Positions 48,748-60,891 of a stretch of DNA of 64,000 nt are shown piece after piece (positions within the stretch are counted from its first letter, which is position 1; each line of letters starts with the position of its first letter). The stretch comes from Anthoceros angustus (taxonomy: Eukaryota; Plantae; Anthocerotophyta). The DNA lies in assembly GCA_010909165.1 (NCBI GenBank), contig MU008158.1, forward strand, positions 769,478 through 833,477, given 5' to 3'. The position numbers were made by a program, and so were the translations under genes. The notes below the pieces were generated by a model that was given only the letters and a program-made list of their open reading frames with translations, was not told the DNA's origin and searched no databases.

Positions 48748-51604
48748 TCACGGTCGACGCTTGCAACTGCAAGTACCACCTGCGAACCGATGCACGCGAT
48801 ACCCATCCCTTACAACAATGTCTCTCTTTTCAACCCTTGACATGATCTCGGTGGAACTGTGGCAGTCACTGCACATCCGTAGATTCTTTGTTACCAGCAG
48901 AGGTGTGCCACTCGGAGTGTTCAAGAGACCATAAGCCAGAGCTAGCTTTTCAGCATGCCCGCAGAGCGCATCTTCCTTTTCCTTCTCAGACACTGGCTTC
49001 AGCACCAATTTTGTGTGTGGTACATGGCCCCCCTCCTGCTTCAAACGTGGATTCGTGCCCTCTACCTTGAGCGCAAGATCATCGCTGTTGTCTCCCTCCA
49101 CAAATGTATGTATCTGCGTCTTCACCTCAATGGCCGCCACTGCAGGTTTCTTCTTAGCTCCGGCTGCCATTCGCTGTGCTTCAATCCTGTCTACATCTGT
49201 CCATCTACCTGCATCTACACAGGCATTCGCCATGAGCACATATGCCGATGCATGCTGAGGCTCCAGTCTAACAAGGCTTTCAAAACATCGAGTCGCCCTC
49301 TCTATATCCCCATGACTTCTGCAGGCACTGAGCAAAGACCTCAAGCCCACAACATTACCTTGATCCTCACATGATAACAGCATCTTCTCTGCCTCATCTA
49401 AGAGGCCTGCACGTCCAAGAAGATCAGTCATGCAATTGTAATGCTCAACCGTAGGTTGAAGGCCATGCTGTTCAACCATGGAATTGAAGTGCTTGCGGCC
49501 CTCATTTACCAGTCCCTCATGACTGCATGCTACTAATGCAGAACTAAAAGTAGAATCATCAGGCTGTATACCGGCAGCTACATGCTAGTGCCTTGTGACC
49601 TTCGTCCCAAACACCACACCCAGATAGGGCATTCCATGTAACGACATGCTTTGTGGCCAAGCTATCAAAAACCCCACGTGCCTCTTCCACTTCACCACAT
49701 GTTGCATACATGTCCACCAGGCAGGTGCCAACCAGTGTGTTATCTAGGAGACCTCTTTCCACAATCTGTGAGTGCAGTTGCCTGCCCATCTGTAAGGCAC
49801 CAGCACTTGCACAGGCCTTCAGAAGGCAAGCAAAAGTAACATGGTCAGCTACATTCAGGCCCTCCTGCTCCATTTGTCCATACACAACAAGCGCCTCTTG
49901 AACGAGCCCTTTCTGTGCATGCCCAGCAATCAGCGCATTCCATGTCACAACATCCTTTGTGGCCAAGCTGTCAAAAACCTGGCGCGCACCTTCGAGTTCA
50001 CCGCATTCTGCATAGCCAGCTATAAGGGCATTCCACGTCCCCACATCCTTCGTGGCCAAGCTGTCAAAAACCTGTCGTGCATCTTCCAGTTCGCAACATT
50101 TTGAATACATGTCCACCAGGGAGGTGCCAACCAGTACATTACCTATCAGAACCAGTATGTTATCTAGCAGTCCGCTCTCTACAATTCGTGAGTGCAGCTG
50201 CCTGCACGTCTGTAAGTCACCAGTGCTTGCACAGGCCTTCAGAAGGCAAGCAAAAGTAACATTGTCAGCCAAAGTTAGGCCCTCCTGCTCCATTTCCCCA
50301 TACAGAAGAAGCGCCTCCTGGCCAGCCCATGCCGTGCATATCCAGCGATCAGGGCCGTCCATGTCACCACATTTTTTGTTGCCAAGCTGTCAAAAACCCC
50401 ACGTGCATCTCTCAGTTCACCACATATTGCGTACATGTCCACCAGGCAGTTGCCCACCAGTATGTGGTTTAGCATTCCTCTGTCCACAATCTTTGAGTGC
50501 AGCTCCTGCCCTTCTGTACAGCACCAGTGCTTGCACGGGACCCTCCTGTTCCATTTGTCCATACAGCACAAGCGCCTCTTGACCGAGCCCATGATTTGCA
50601 TACCCAACAAGCAGGGCTGTCCATGTAACCACATTTTTTTTTGATAAGCTGTCAAAACCCGACGTGCATTTTCCAGATCGCCACATTTTGCATACCCAGC
50701 AATCAGGGCATTCCATGTCACCACATTCTTTGTGGCTAAGCTAGCAAAAACCTGACGAGCATCTTCCAGTTGGCCACATTTTGCATACATGTCCACCAGG
50801 CAGTTGCCAACAAACACGTTAGGAGGAATGCCACTGTACAAGACATCACAGTGCACTTTTCTGCCAGCATCCAGTCCGCAGCAAGTGCACAAGCTTGAAG
50901 GGCAGCTACAAAGACGTGAGCATCTGCCTTTCAACCTGTGCTACGCATCTCATGGTACAATTGTATAGCCTCGTTAGGTTTCCCATGTTTAGCATGTGCA
51001 GAAGATTATGGAGGCCCACATGAAGGCATGTGGTTTGCCTACTCTGGTGAACACATCCATGGCCTCCTGTAGCCTACCTCCAGGCATACATGCGCAAGAT
51101 ATGATTTCCCAAGTATATATCTGACTCGTACCCAAGTTTGACAGAGAGGTCATGAAGTCGTCGCCCCACAACCAGATCCTTTTTAGCTCTATACAACAAC
51201 CAGATCCTTTTTAGCTCTAGCACAGTATACAACAGAGACTGAGAAATAGGACAGTCTCTGTGCACCAGACATTCCAGGGCTCCAACGGCCTCAGAAAGCT
51301 TCCCCTGCTGACATAATGTGCTCACGGTGACAGCCGTTACCACCCCCGTATCCGATCCTGCACGCCTGCCAGGCTCAGGCTTATCGGGAGAGCTGCACTT
51401 GGAAGGAGAAGCACAATGACCCATCTGCATGTCCCAAGAAAAGAGCCGCTCGTCCACCCAAGCTGGCTTCAACATGCTGTTTAACCAGAGGACCTCGCCG
51501 GACCTCTTACGCCGGAAGTCAGGCAAACGGGAGTTCTTCTTATCTCGTCTATTGTCCCACCACACGGTAGGGTCCAGAAATCGAGGCGCCTTACATTGCT
51601 GCAT
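48748..51604 (-). pseudogene. PLS-class PPR RNA-editing factor with E/E+ and DYW:KP deaminase-like domain; PPR tract frameshifted (pseudogene or sequencing error)
   Basis: P/L/S motifs (VGNCLVDMYAKCG, VVTWNALIAGYA, VTFACLLKACAS), E domain, KKKPAVAAIEV, GHAEKLALAYGL, KNLRMCSDCH and terminal CSCKRRP. 48748-49479 is intact; upstream sequence has multiple 1-2-nt indels. Confidence 0.88.
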
Positions 51605-52139
51605 CTGCAGGTTTGGTTGTCTGCGAGTGGTTGACTACCTGTTGCGAGGTGAGCTGGAGCTCCTCGTAGAATCCCTGTAGACCCACCAATTTGTTGGGCA
51701 AACAACGCATCCAGTTCCCATACTGTGGCCATATTACAGGCACCGGTCTGAAACGGACCACAAACTACTATGCAAGTCGTGGCAGGATAGCTAGGTTCCA
51801 TGAGTGTGCATCACCACCCCACCCTTAGCAAGCGCAGAGCACACGCTATCTTATTACCGACATTAAAGACACCACATGGCGAATGAAGCACGGGTGCCGT
51901 GCAACTGCAGGATGATGCAGGCGAAGCAAGAATTAACAGATGGGATTGGAAATTGAAAGATTCTAACTGTCTTGTGAGCTTGATAAATGGAAGGATTGGT
52001 CTCATGGGCTGTTCACAAAGCGCAATACTGGCTTGCGCTAGAGATTAGGAAAATGACTTTCAAGTGATTTTTACCTACACTTGTCATGTTCGTCCTCCCA
52101 GCAATGATTCAAAGGAGGCAGTAGTTGCCCACTCGATCA

Positions 52140-52820
52140 TGATGGAAATTTCCAAGGCAATATGTGTTGTGGAAAAACATGCAAATGGGCGCGTGGCATC
52201 ATGAGGATAGATGTCCAGTGGCATAGGAAGTATGGAATGTCTTGGAGTTCTTTTTGTGGTCTCGTTGATTTATTGGACTCCCTTATGCCTCGTAATTCTT
52301 AACGAGAACCTCTAGATGTATATTTTTTTTTGTTGTGGCCTTTGCCCTTCGCAGCCTTGCAAAAGGACAGTCCCCAAAGGATGTGGCAGATATTTACGAA
52401 GTTGAAGTGTCCACTGTTGTACATTACACTAAATTGGTTATTAGGATTTCAGCTCACCCTGATGGCCTCTGCAGGAATTTTATCAGGTGGCCATCACCAC
52501 AAAGACAAGCTGTTATCTCAAGAGACTTCCAAGGAATTACAAGATTACCAAATGTGGTTAGAGCAATAGACGGCTGCTACATCAAATTGTGGCAGAAACC
52601 ACAAAGACAACATACCTTGGCAGCTTACTGGATTAGGCATAATATTAGTATCATATTGTAGGGAGTTGTAGATGTGAATGAATACTTCATTGATGTTTCT
52701 TGTAGGACACCACAAGGACAAAATGATTTTACTGAGTTACGAGACAGTTGCCTCTGGAGGAAGCTCATTAAAAAGACCATAATGGAAAGGCCTGAATGAA
52801 GTCCACCTAATGGCGAGCGA
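52140..52820 (+). mobile_element. PIF/Harbinger transposase remnant (DDE_Tnp_4/HARBI1-like)
   Basis: ALRSLAKG...VADIYEVEVSTV (HTH), IRWPS, LPNVVRAIDGCYIKL, SIIL*GVVD...FIDVSC...G..NDF; stop codons present. Confidence 0.85.
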
Positions 52821-52989
52821 AATAACAAAGGGAGCAGTTGTTTAGGTTTTAGAAGCAAGAAGGAAATATGCAGGCCTGATGAGCAGCCTAGCATCTCTTT
52901 ATTACTCAAATCAAACCACAATGAAGACCAAACCACAATAAGACCTGAAACTTGAAGCCAGTTTACAGCACAAACACTATTCGTATCTT

Positions 52990-53586
52990 CTTTAGACTAC
53001 GTAAGAGTGACATTACCAATTGTACTTGGGTTCGTGCCTATATCTCTTCTTTTTTCAGCTAGAACTCCAATCTCAGCTTCCTCATTTCATGCATCTGGTC
53101 CATCTTGGCCATCTCAATTTTGCAGATGGTGTCTGCAAAAGAGGCCAACATGTTACCAAACTCAATTCCAAAGTCATTGTCCATAAACTGTTTCTCCTTC
53201 TGTTTTCCCTAGGCAGTCTTCCTATAACGAATTCCGGGGACATCTGAGGTGGAAATTGTGAGATGTGATGTGCCATGAAAATTGGTAGGCCCCTTTTTAG
53301 GTGTGACTCTAGTAGAACTTGAACTTAGAATTCCTCCACTGGCTCCGTTCGTCACACCCGTACCCACTAAACGTGTTTTAATGCGATAGGTGGTTTGTCC
53401 TTTCATAGCCGAAGCGGTGTCCTCATCAAGATTATGAACATAATTGGCAACAATACTGGCATCTGCAGCACTAGCTTCCAAATAGATTGATTCATCGTGG
53501 TGTTCATCCTCTACATTGGTGAAGGGTACCTCCGCTAGAGAATCACAACAGCTAAGAATCCCTCCATCCTTTGAATTATCAAACAT
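52990..53586 (-). mobile_element. Probable second gene of the PIF/Harbinger element (trihelix/Myb-SANT partner), C-terminal coiled-coil remnant
   Basis: Convergent with the transposase. A low-complexity linker is followed by FGNMLASFADTICKIEMAKMDQMHEMRKLRLEF*. No intact Myb domain was seen. Confidence 0.45.
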
Positions 53587-53900
53587 GAAAGCATCAAAAG
53601 CTTCAAAATACGGTCAAATTGGAGCTCCTTAACCTGTTGTCGATTTCTTCTCCTTCTCTTTCTTGTTGTGTTTCTACTTTAAGTTCCCCCTATTGAGAAA
53701 AACATATAATCGCCATAGGTATGCGGAGAAGGATGTGAGCGTATTTGCCGAGGGTGAGGCATTGCAGGCAGCTCACGTCATCCTGGAGCACTACGCAGTG
53801 TATGGGAGTTTGACATTTGTGAGTGTGGGGAGCCTGCTTGCCACGAAGAGTCTCCTGTTCATGTTTAACGTGGCAATCTCGTCACAGGCTGTGAATATTG

Positions 53901-54355
53901 CATAGAATATCTCTCCAACCCTGGGAGGGCCCACTGGACCAGCATCAAGCGCATCCTCCGCTACTTGAAGGGCTGCAAATCCCTTGGATTCGTATACAAA
54001 AACACCACTTCTAGCAAGCTTGTACTAACCTTCTACTCAAATGCAGACTGGGCAGGAGATCCGGATGCTTGCAAGTCCACCGCCGCTTACTAAATGATCC
54101 TCACCAACGGGTTTGTCTCTTGGGGATGCAAGAACATGCAGATTGTGTGCCTCTTCTCCACGGAAGTGGTGTACGCAGCAACTTTCCTAGTGGCGACAGG
54201 AGATTTCCTGGATTCGACATGAGGAGCAGGATCAGCCAATCAAACTACTATGCGACAATCAGTCAGCAATTGCCATGACCTACAACCCAATGCTACACGT
54301 AAGGACCAAACATGTGGAGATACAATATCATTTCATCCGGCAGGTGGTTGCTCAC
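53901..54355 (+). mobile_element. Ty1/copia RT-end/RNase H fragment interrupted by a Gypsy LTR
   Basis: SNPGRAHWTSIKRILRYLKG, YSNADWAGD...KST, CDNQSAIAM..NP.LH.RTKHVEIQYHFIR; ends abruptly at tgtggag (54356). Confidence 0.88.
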
Positions 54356-57300
54356 TGTGGAGTGTGAATTTGTGTCTAGGGACACCGTGAGGTCCACATT
54401 CACCCTCAATGTCGTTGTAGGCTTAGGATTCGCTCCCAAGGGAATGGTTTGTGCCAAGAGGCGCTAACTTCTATCATACCGACCTTCACCTAAGTCGGGA
54501 CTTACTGCTATTACTCCTCTTACCTATCTACTCAACTACTACTACCTCCCGACTTGTCTAACTACCAATCTTATTCACAACCACGAATCTTATTCCACGA
54601 CCACAAATCTTATTCCACGACCGCAAATCTTATTCCACGCGGTGGCTCTCACCACTAGGGTAGTTGCTTGACTCGAGGTGGGTCCCACGCCAAACCCTAG
54701 CGACTTATTTCCGGCGCCGGCCGCATCACGGCGTCACTGCCCATGCCTGGATCGGACTTTATTCTGCACTCACACTTCATGCACACACCGATTCCTAGGG
54801 ACCAAAGTTCCACAAATCCCTCACCTTCACACACACACAAAGGCGCCACACTCACACAATTTTACAAGGAACTGTTTCCTCTTGTGCACACTTCCATGAC
54901 ACGGTTTGGATTCTTTTGGATCCACACAAATCTCACTTAGTCTCTCAATTAGTTCCCTTCTCAACTCCTCTTACACCTCGCCAGCGTCTGATTGTTTAGT
55001 CACTCCTTCACCCAATCTTCTCTCTCTCTCTCTCTCTCCCTCAATTCGCCCGAGCTTCCAACCATCCACTCAACACTTCTCTCTCAATTTGAACACAACT
55101 AAGAACAAGGGTGAAGGAAAGAAGAACCCCAAGGCCAAAAGGGCGTTACGAGCAAGCTCCGGACCGCCCGCGCCAATCCCTTGGTTTCCTCCTCCTTTGT
55201 CGGCAAGATTGCTCTATCACCCCTCCTCCCGGTTGCGGAGCAAGCTCTCGACCACCCCTAGGGCGTCTCGCGCACACCACCTCTGTCAATCGGACGTCTC
55301 CAACCAGCCACAGGCGTGGGGATCTCAACCAGGAGTTGCTCGATGTGAGGCACAACCAAGCCCCTTTATACAATTCTTTGGGCGTCATAGCCACCGGACT
55401 TTCAGTCCTAAAAGCGGTGAGCGAAGGCGCCCCTACAATTTGGACGGCCTTAGGTCCAAGATGGCATCCTATCCAAAGTTCTATTCCTAGGATGCCACTA
55501 CTCCCCATGTTATCTCCGCACTCCCCTCCGATTTGGTCGCTTTGGCCCTTCGTCCTTTCTTTGCTGAATTTATGGGTCCTCCTTCCTCGTTCTTGATCTG
55601 GAAAATCCTCCCATAAACTCTCCTTTGTTTTCCATGATCCCAAGTCCCAGCTCCCTCACCAATCCTCCACCTCGGACCCTCCAATGGTCCATATTTGGCC
55701 ATTAGGCGTGAAATTCTTCCTTTGGGCGCCATGCTCTGCAAAACCCTCACCCACAGGCGCCTCATTGCTGATAACTCGCCTCGAATCTCCAACTTAATCA
55801 ATCCCCCGGTTTCTTCCTTCCAGAATCGCGAGCTCCCGCCGCCACGGGGCCTGCCCTTCTGACCTCGTGCGAGCTCGTGCCTGTCGAGATCGTCTGGAGC
55901 TACCCATTGCCGCCGCGCCTCGTGCCTTTCAAGTTCCCTTAGGGTTATATTTCCCGGAAACTCTCGCAGCGGCTTCCGCTACCACTTCTTCTTCCGCGAC
56001 CGCTCCTTCCTTCCACGACCGCCCGACCAGTTCGCCAACCGTCTTGAAACATAGTCCCGATCGGCGACCACACACCAGTTCAACTACCGCCCGGTTGGTT
56101 CGACCTCTAGCCTACGGACCTCTGCCAAATATGGGGACCCCCATATATAGGCCTTTTATTAAATATTCCAAGACCAAAGGCCAAGGAGTATCGAGTTCAT
56201 AGTCCAAGGACCGATTATTATTTAACCCAGAAACAACCCAAAACTCATAGGCCAAGGACACTTTCTACTATAAATATCCCTTCCTACTCATAACCTAGCT
56301 CTTCTTGACACCAAACTTAACAAAAAAAACAAAAATCACTCAAAGACACAATCCAACAGGAGTTTCCAATACGGATCGTTTACATACTCCCTTCTCATTT
56401 GTTGGCGCCCTCGCCAACTCATGTGTAATATTTCTTGACTCTCCAACCGTTGACCTGGTTGGTAGGGTCGTCTGCTTGGGTATGGAGCCATTTGCGAAAA
56501 CTTCAAGGACTTTATATGGCCCCATCCATGAAGGTGAAGCTTGCAGAAAGTGCATATATCTGTTGTCATATGGTAGGTCCAAGTCACGGTACCACCCACA
56601 ACCTTTCTCTTCCGTCCGGTCCCTCCGATATAAAATGTCTCTGTGGCGGACAAATGGACTCGAATAATGCACCGAGGCATGTTGTTGTTGCCTTGAAAGG
56701 TCCGAGGGGATGCTGCCCGATTCCAAGAACTCAAATATTTCTGAATAAGTAGGCCTGGTGTATCCGGATCTCCCCTTCTCATTCTTTACCGTACCACCAT
56801 CACTTGCCGTCTTCCGATTACGCGGGCCGCTTCCCCTCCATCGCCATGAACAACGCTTCGCCGGGGCAACTTCCACATCCGTCCCACCACCTTCCACAAC
56901 TGGTTCCACCTTCCACTACCGCAGAGTACCTTCCACATCCGTCCCACCACCTTCCACTCCATAACAACCCACCGGTGATGGAGTGGGAATGTCTCTTCGA
57001 TAGTCCCGCTCTTCATCCGACCAAGAAATGTGGGCAAACGGGAACTTCTCTTTCTCATCCTCCTCCCCAAATGTGTCTTCTACAGAGGTATAGCCATCTG
57101 TTTCCGTGGGCGTCTCTCCTGCGTACGTATCTCGACTCCAAGATAAACATATCCTCCCTTCCTTAACCTTGGGGTCCCAGTCCAGAGGTTTGAAGCCCAC
57201 TTCCTTCCTTGCCCACTTGAAGGTACAGCGCGCCCCATACATCCACGTCCGGCCAATCAAAGCGTCATATCCGGGAGCTTTACGTTTGATGACCACATAG

Positions 57301-60300
57301 TCCATAAGGTGCGGAATGGTACCAATATGGGTTAGAACTCCGTCGCTCCCCACGGTGTCATCTGGACATGTCCGCAAGACGCAGACCTTGGATGTGTGTT
57401 CTATCTCCATTAACTTCCGGCTGTGTCCTCCGTCATGATGTTGACCCCGGACCCGAATCGAGGTACTTTCTTGATAACGCATCCGAGATTTCTATCTGCG
57501 ACTCCGCGGGACCTTGGTCACCATGGCCACCATGTTCACGGCAAGGGCCTCGGCCTTGTTTTGGGAAGGGTCCGCCTCTTCTTGGGTTGTCTGCCTTCAA
57601 TGCCCACGGATCTGGCGGTACCTCGGATTGTCCACGAAATGTCCAAATGTTATCATGAATTTTGGTCCATGATGGCCTCCGATTGAAAGGGACATTGGTG
57701 TTCTCCTCTCGGCCAACCCCACTCTCGTTTCAACAACGCGGTAGCTCTCAGTGTCGTGTCGGGGCAGATGGCTGGTAGTTGGTGGGCAGTGGTGGGCGAG
57801 GTGTGGTGTCGGTGTGCTCCGATTCTCGGATCATCTCCATGACTTCCTTCGACATCGGCGGAAACCCTAACTCATCCTTTTTTCTCCGCGGGTTTTCGCG
57901 ATCTCGCGATTCGAGTTCACCCCCATCGGCTCCCTCGTCGCACGTCATCCCTCGAATCCAGGTTGGCTAAAGTTACATAGTGTGGCCCCAAAATCGCAAT
58001 TTGGCGCGTATCCTGCCGCCCATTGGATTCGCCGCTCCCCTCGGACTGCTCCCTCGGTCCTCTCGCCGGTCTTGTGGTTGGACCTCTTCCTTTCCGATGA
58101 AGCGACTTCCTCCTCACTCGCGATGTTGTGGGCTCCCAATCTTCCTTCTTTCTTTTCTTCCCCGTTCCCCCTTAGGGTGTCGCCTTCCTCGCTCCGTGTT
58201 GAGCATGGCGAGTTTCATAATACCACTATCCATATCCCCAAACCTTCCAAACTTCTCAACATGTTGGCCTCGGAATCCTCCCACACCGCCATGAGCGCAT
58301 CTTGACTTGCATCACGTAGCTTTTTGTATGGGTGGGTGGGTTGCCGTGAGGGGTTGAGCAATCCTCACATGTTTTTTGTCGGCGAGAGACGCCATCGTGA
58401 CGATTGCTTGCAATCCACACGACCTCTCAAAATCACCATTCCTGGCGAGATGCGGAGGGGCATCCGCAAGATGCGAACCCTCGGCAATTGTAACGAATGG
58501 CACTCATTTGCGGGGTTCCTTGCCATCGATTGCGAATGCCCATGTGGGTTTTCGTAAACTTGAGGGGTACAAAGTCTTGGTACCAGATCGGTGTCGCCTC
58601 TTGAATTTGGTATGTATCTTCCAAGCACATCTCCTCCTCCTCTTCCTCGTAGCCAGTGGTTGCACTTTTGTTTGTGGGCAGTTCGACCTCGAGTGCCCTA
58701 CTGTCCACAAGTTGAGCGAGAAGAGGTCGCAGCTCCGTGACCCTTCTCCTATCGTGGTCCTTGATGGCATTAAGATGGAGTTTCTCGGTTTGACCATCAT
58801 TTCCTCCATCTTGTTCCTTGTTGCTCCACCTTTTTGGCTGCTGTTTCCACCTCTCTTCTCACCTCCGCGTCCTTCTTTGCATATAGCAGCTCCTTCCCTT
58901 TTACCGCGTCTTGTTTCCCACTCATTTTCGTTTCCTTCTTCCTTCTTTTCTCTCCCTTGACGCTCACCTTCGTGAATCTTCCTCCGAGCTATCATGGTCT
59001 CTTCTTCCGTGGAACTATCAGGAGTCTGTGAGAGCTATCTTCCTCCGTGGGCTGTCATCGCCGGAGGATGAGTAGTACTTCTTCTTCTTTTGTATTTCTT
59101 TTTGTCCTTCGCCCTTGTTGATTTCTTCTTCTCTTCGCGTTGGACTCCTCATAGTTGAGCGGCCTTGATCGCCGATCCAAGTCTTTCTCGGCTTGGAGCG
59201 TCGTGCTTCCCATCTCCGCCCAATCCTCTTGCAAACCGGTGAATGGCCATTAACTCAGTGAGGTCCGGCCCGATCCGCGGTGTGGAACCTTTCCACATAA
59301 GCTGCGGTGTCTCCTTCTTCCTCTCCGCAATCCCTCGAGTTTGGACAAGACATATCCTTCCACATCGACCCCTGACCTTTCACAAAAGCTCTCTTCAAGG
59401 CCCCAAAGGTAGGCGGGGTGTGGCGGAAGCTATGTACTCCCGCTTGTACCACTTGGCGCGCTCGCGTAAGACTCCATAAAGCAGTGGGCACGTTCGCATC
59501 CTCACGGTTGTGGCGTCGGTGCTCAAGCAGCTCGACAAACTCGTCGGGATCCTCATGGCCCTTCTTTTCTCCATACAGCGGGTAAGATTGCTTAGTGGTA
59601 ACAACAGGAGTAGCCAACTACCGTGGTAGTACTTTCAGCATTGCGGTAGTTGGCGGCCACTACGTCGGGTGACCTCTACATTCACAGTTTGGACCGGTGG
59701 TCTAGGCAATGGAGCGAGATCAAAGACAAGGTGGGATCGGTACGGCCCTTGTACCGTAGTCGAGAGTTGGGAATCGAATCCGATAAGATCCGATCCCTAG
59801 TCGACTCCACCCCTCTTCCTCGTCCGGTGTGATCTCCGTGCTCTCCTCGTAACTCTCTGCAATCTTTCCTGCTTGGCGTTGCCGTCTTGCGAGCGTTTCC
59901 CCAGTCGGATCGAGTCGCTTGTCTCCACGAGGCATCCATCTATCAATCTAGTAATGCTAGACTCTACTTAGGCTATGGTTAGTTCTACCTCGTCCTTGTG
60001 ATTCATTCCCGGCAGCGCCAAAATGTGGAGTGTGAATTTGTGTCCAGGGACACCGTGAGGTCCACATTCACCCTCAATGTCGTTGTAGGCTTAGGATTCG
60101 TTCCCAAGGGAATGGTTTGTGCCAAGAGACGCTAACTTCTATCGCTACTGACCTTCACCTAAGTCAGGACTTACTTACTATTACTCCTCTTACCTATCTA
60201 CTCAACCACTACTACCTCCCGACTTGTCTAACTACCACAGCTCTTATTCCACCACCACGAATCTTATTCCACGACCACAGATCTTATTCCACGACCGCAA

Positions 60301-60891
60301 ATCTTATTCCACGACGGTGGCTCTCACCACTAGGGTAGTTGCTTGACTACCGAGGTGGGTCCCACCAAACCCTAGCGACTTATTTCCGGCGCCGCGCGCC
60401 ACCATCCGCAGGCGTCTACCGCATGCCTGATCGGACTTTATTCACTCCACACTTCATGCACACACACCGATTCCTAGGGACCAAAGTTCCACAAATCCCT
60501 CACCGCTTCACACACACACAAAGGCGCCACACTCACACAATTTTACAAGGAGCTGTTTCCTTGTGCACTTCCACTGCTTGACCTTTGGATTCTTTTGGAT
60601 CCACACAAATCTCCTTTGTTAGTCTCTCAATTAGTTCCCTTCTCAACTCCTCTTACACCTCGCATCGCTTGTTAGTCACTCCTTCACCCAATCTTCTCTC
60701 TCTCTCTCTCCTCAATTCGCCCGCAGCTTCCAACCATCCACTCAACACTTCTCTCTCAATTTGAACACAACTACAGAACAAGGGTGAAGGAAAGAAGAAC
60801 CCCAGGCGTCACGGCGTTACGAGCAAGCTCCGGACCGCCCGCGCCAATCCCTTGGTTTCCTCCTCCTTTGTCGGCCAAGATTGCTCTATCA
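54356..60891 (-). mobile_element. Non-autonomous Ty3/Gypsy (non-chromovirus, Athila/Tat-like) element: LTR-gag-protease-truncated integrase-LTR; no RT/RH
   Basis: LTR copies start tgtggagtgtgaatttgtg at 54356 and 60024. PBS TGGCGCTGCCGGGA is on the minus strand at ~60007-60020. Gag remnants, a zinc knuckle GHSRSNCP, protease (D)SGSGVNIM...YDALIGRTW, IFEFLESG...LYRR and WMGPYKV are present. Candidate PPT at 55220-55230; the U3-side LTR boundary is uncertain. Confidence 0.85.

Noticed and set aside
56262-56420. Plus-strand TATA box and TGGCGCCC as an opposite-orientation LTR/PBS
   Set aside because: The TGGCGCCC lies inside the minus-strand integrase-tail reading frame; gag, protease and PBS all indicate minus orientation.
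60024-60451. Short LTR defined by the tgtggagtg/cactccaca inverted repeat
   Set aside because: Not conserved in the first copy and not followed by a PPT; the LTR U3 boundary is left unresolved.
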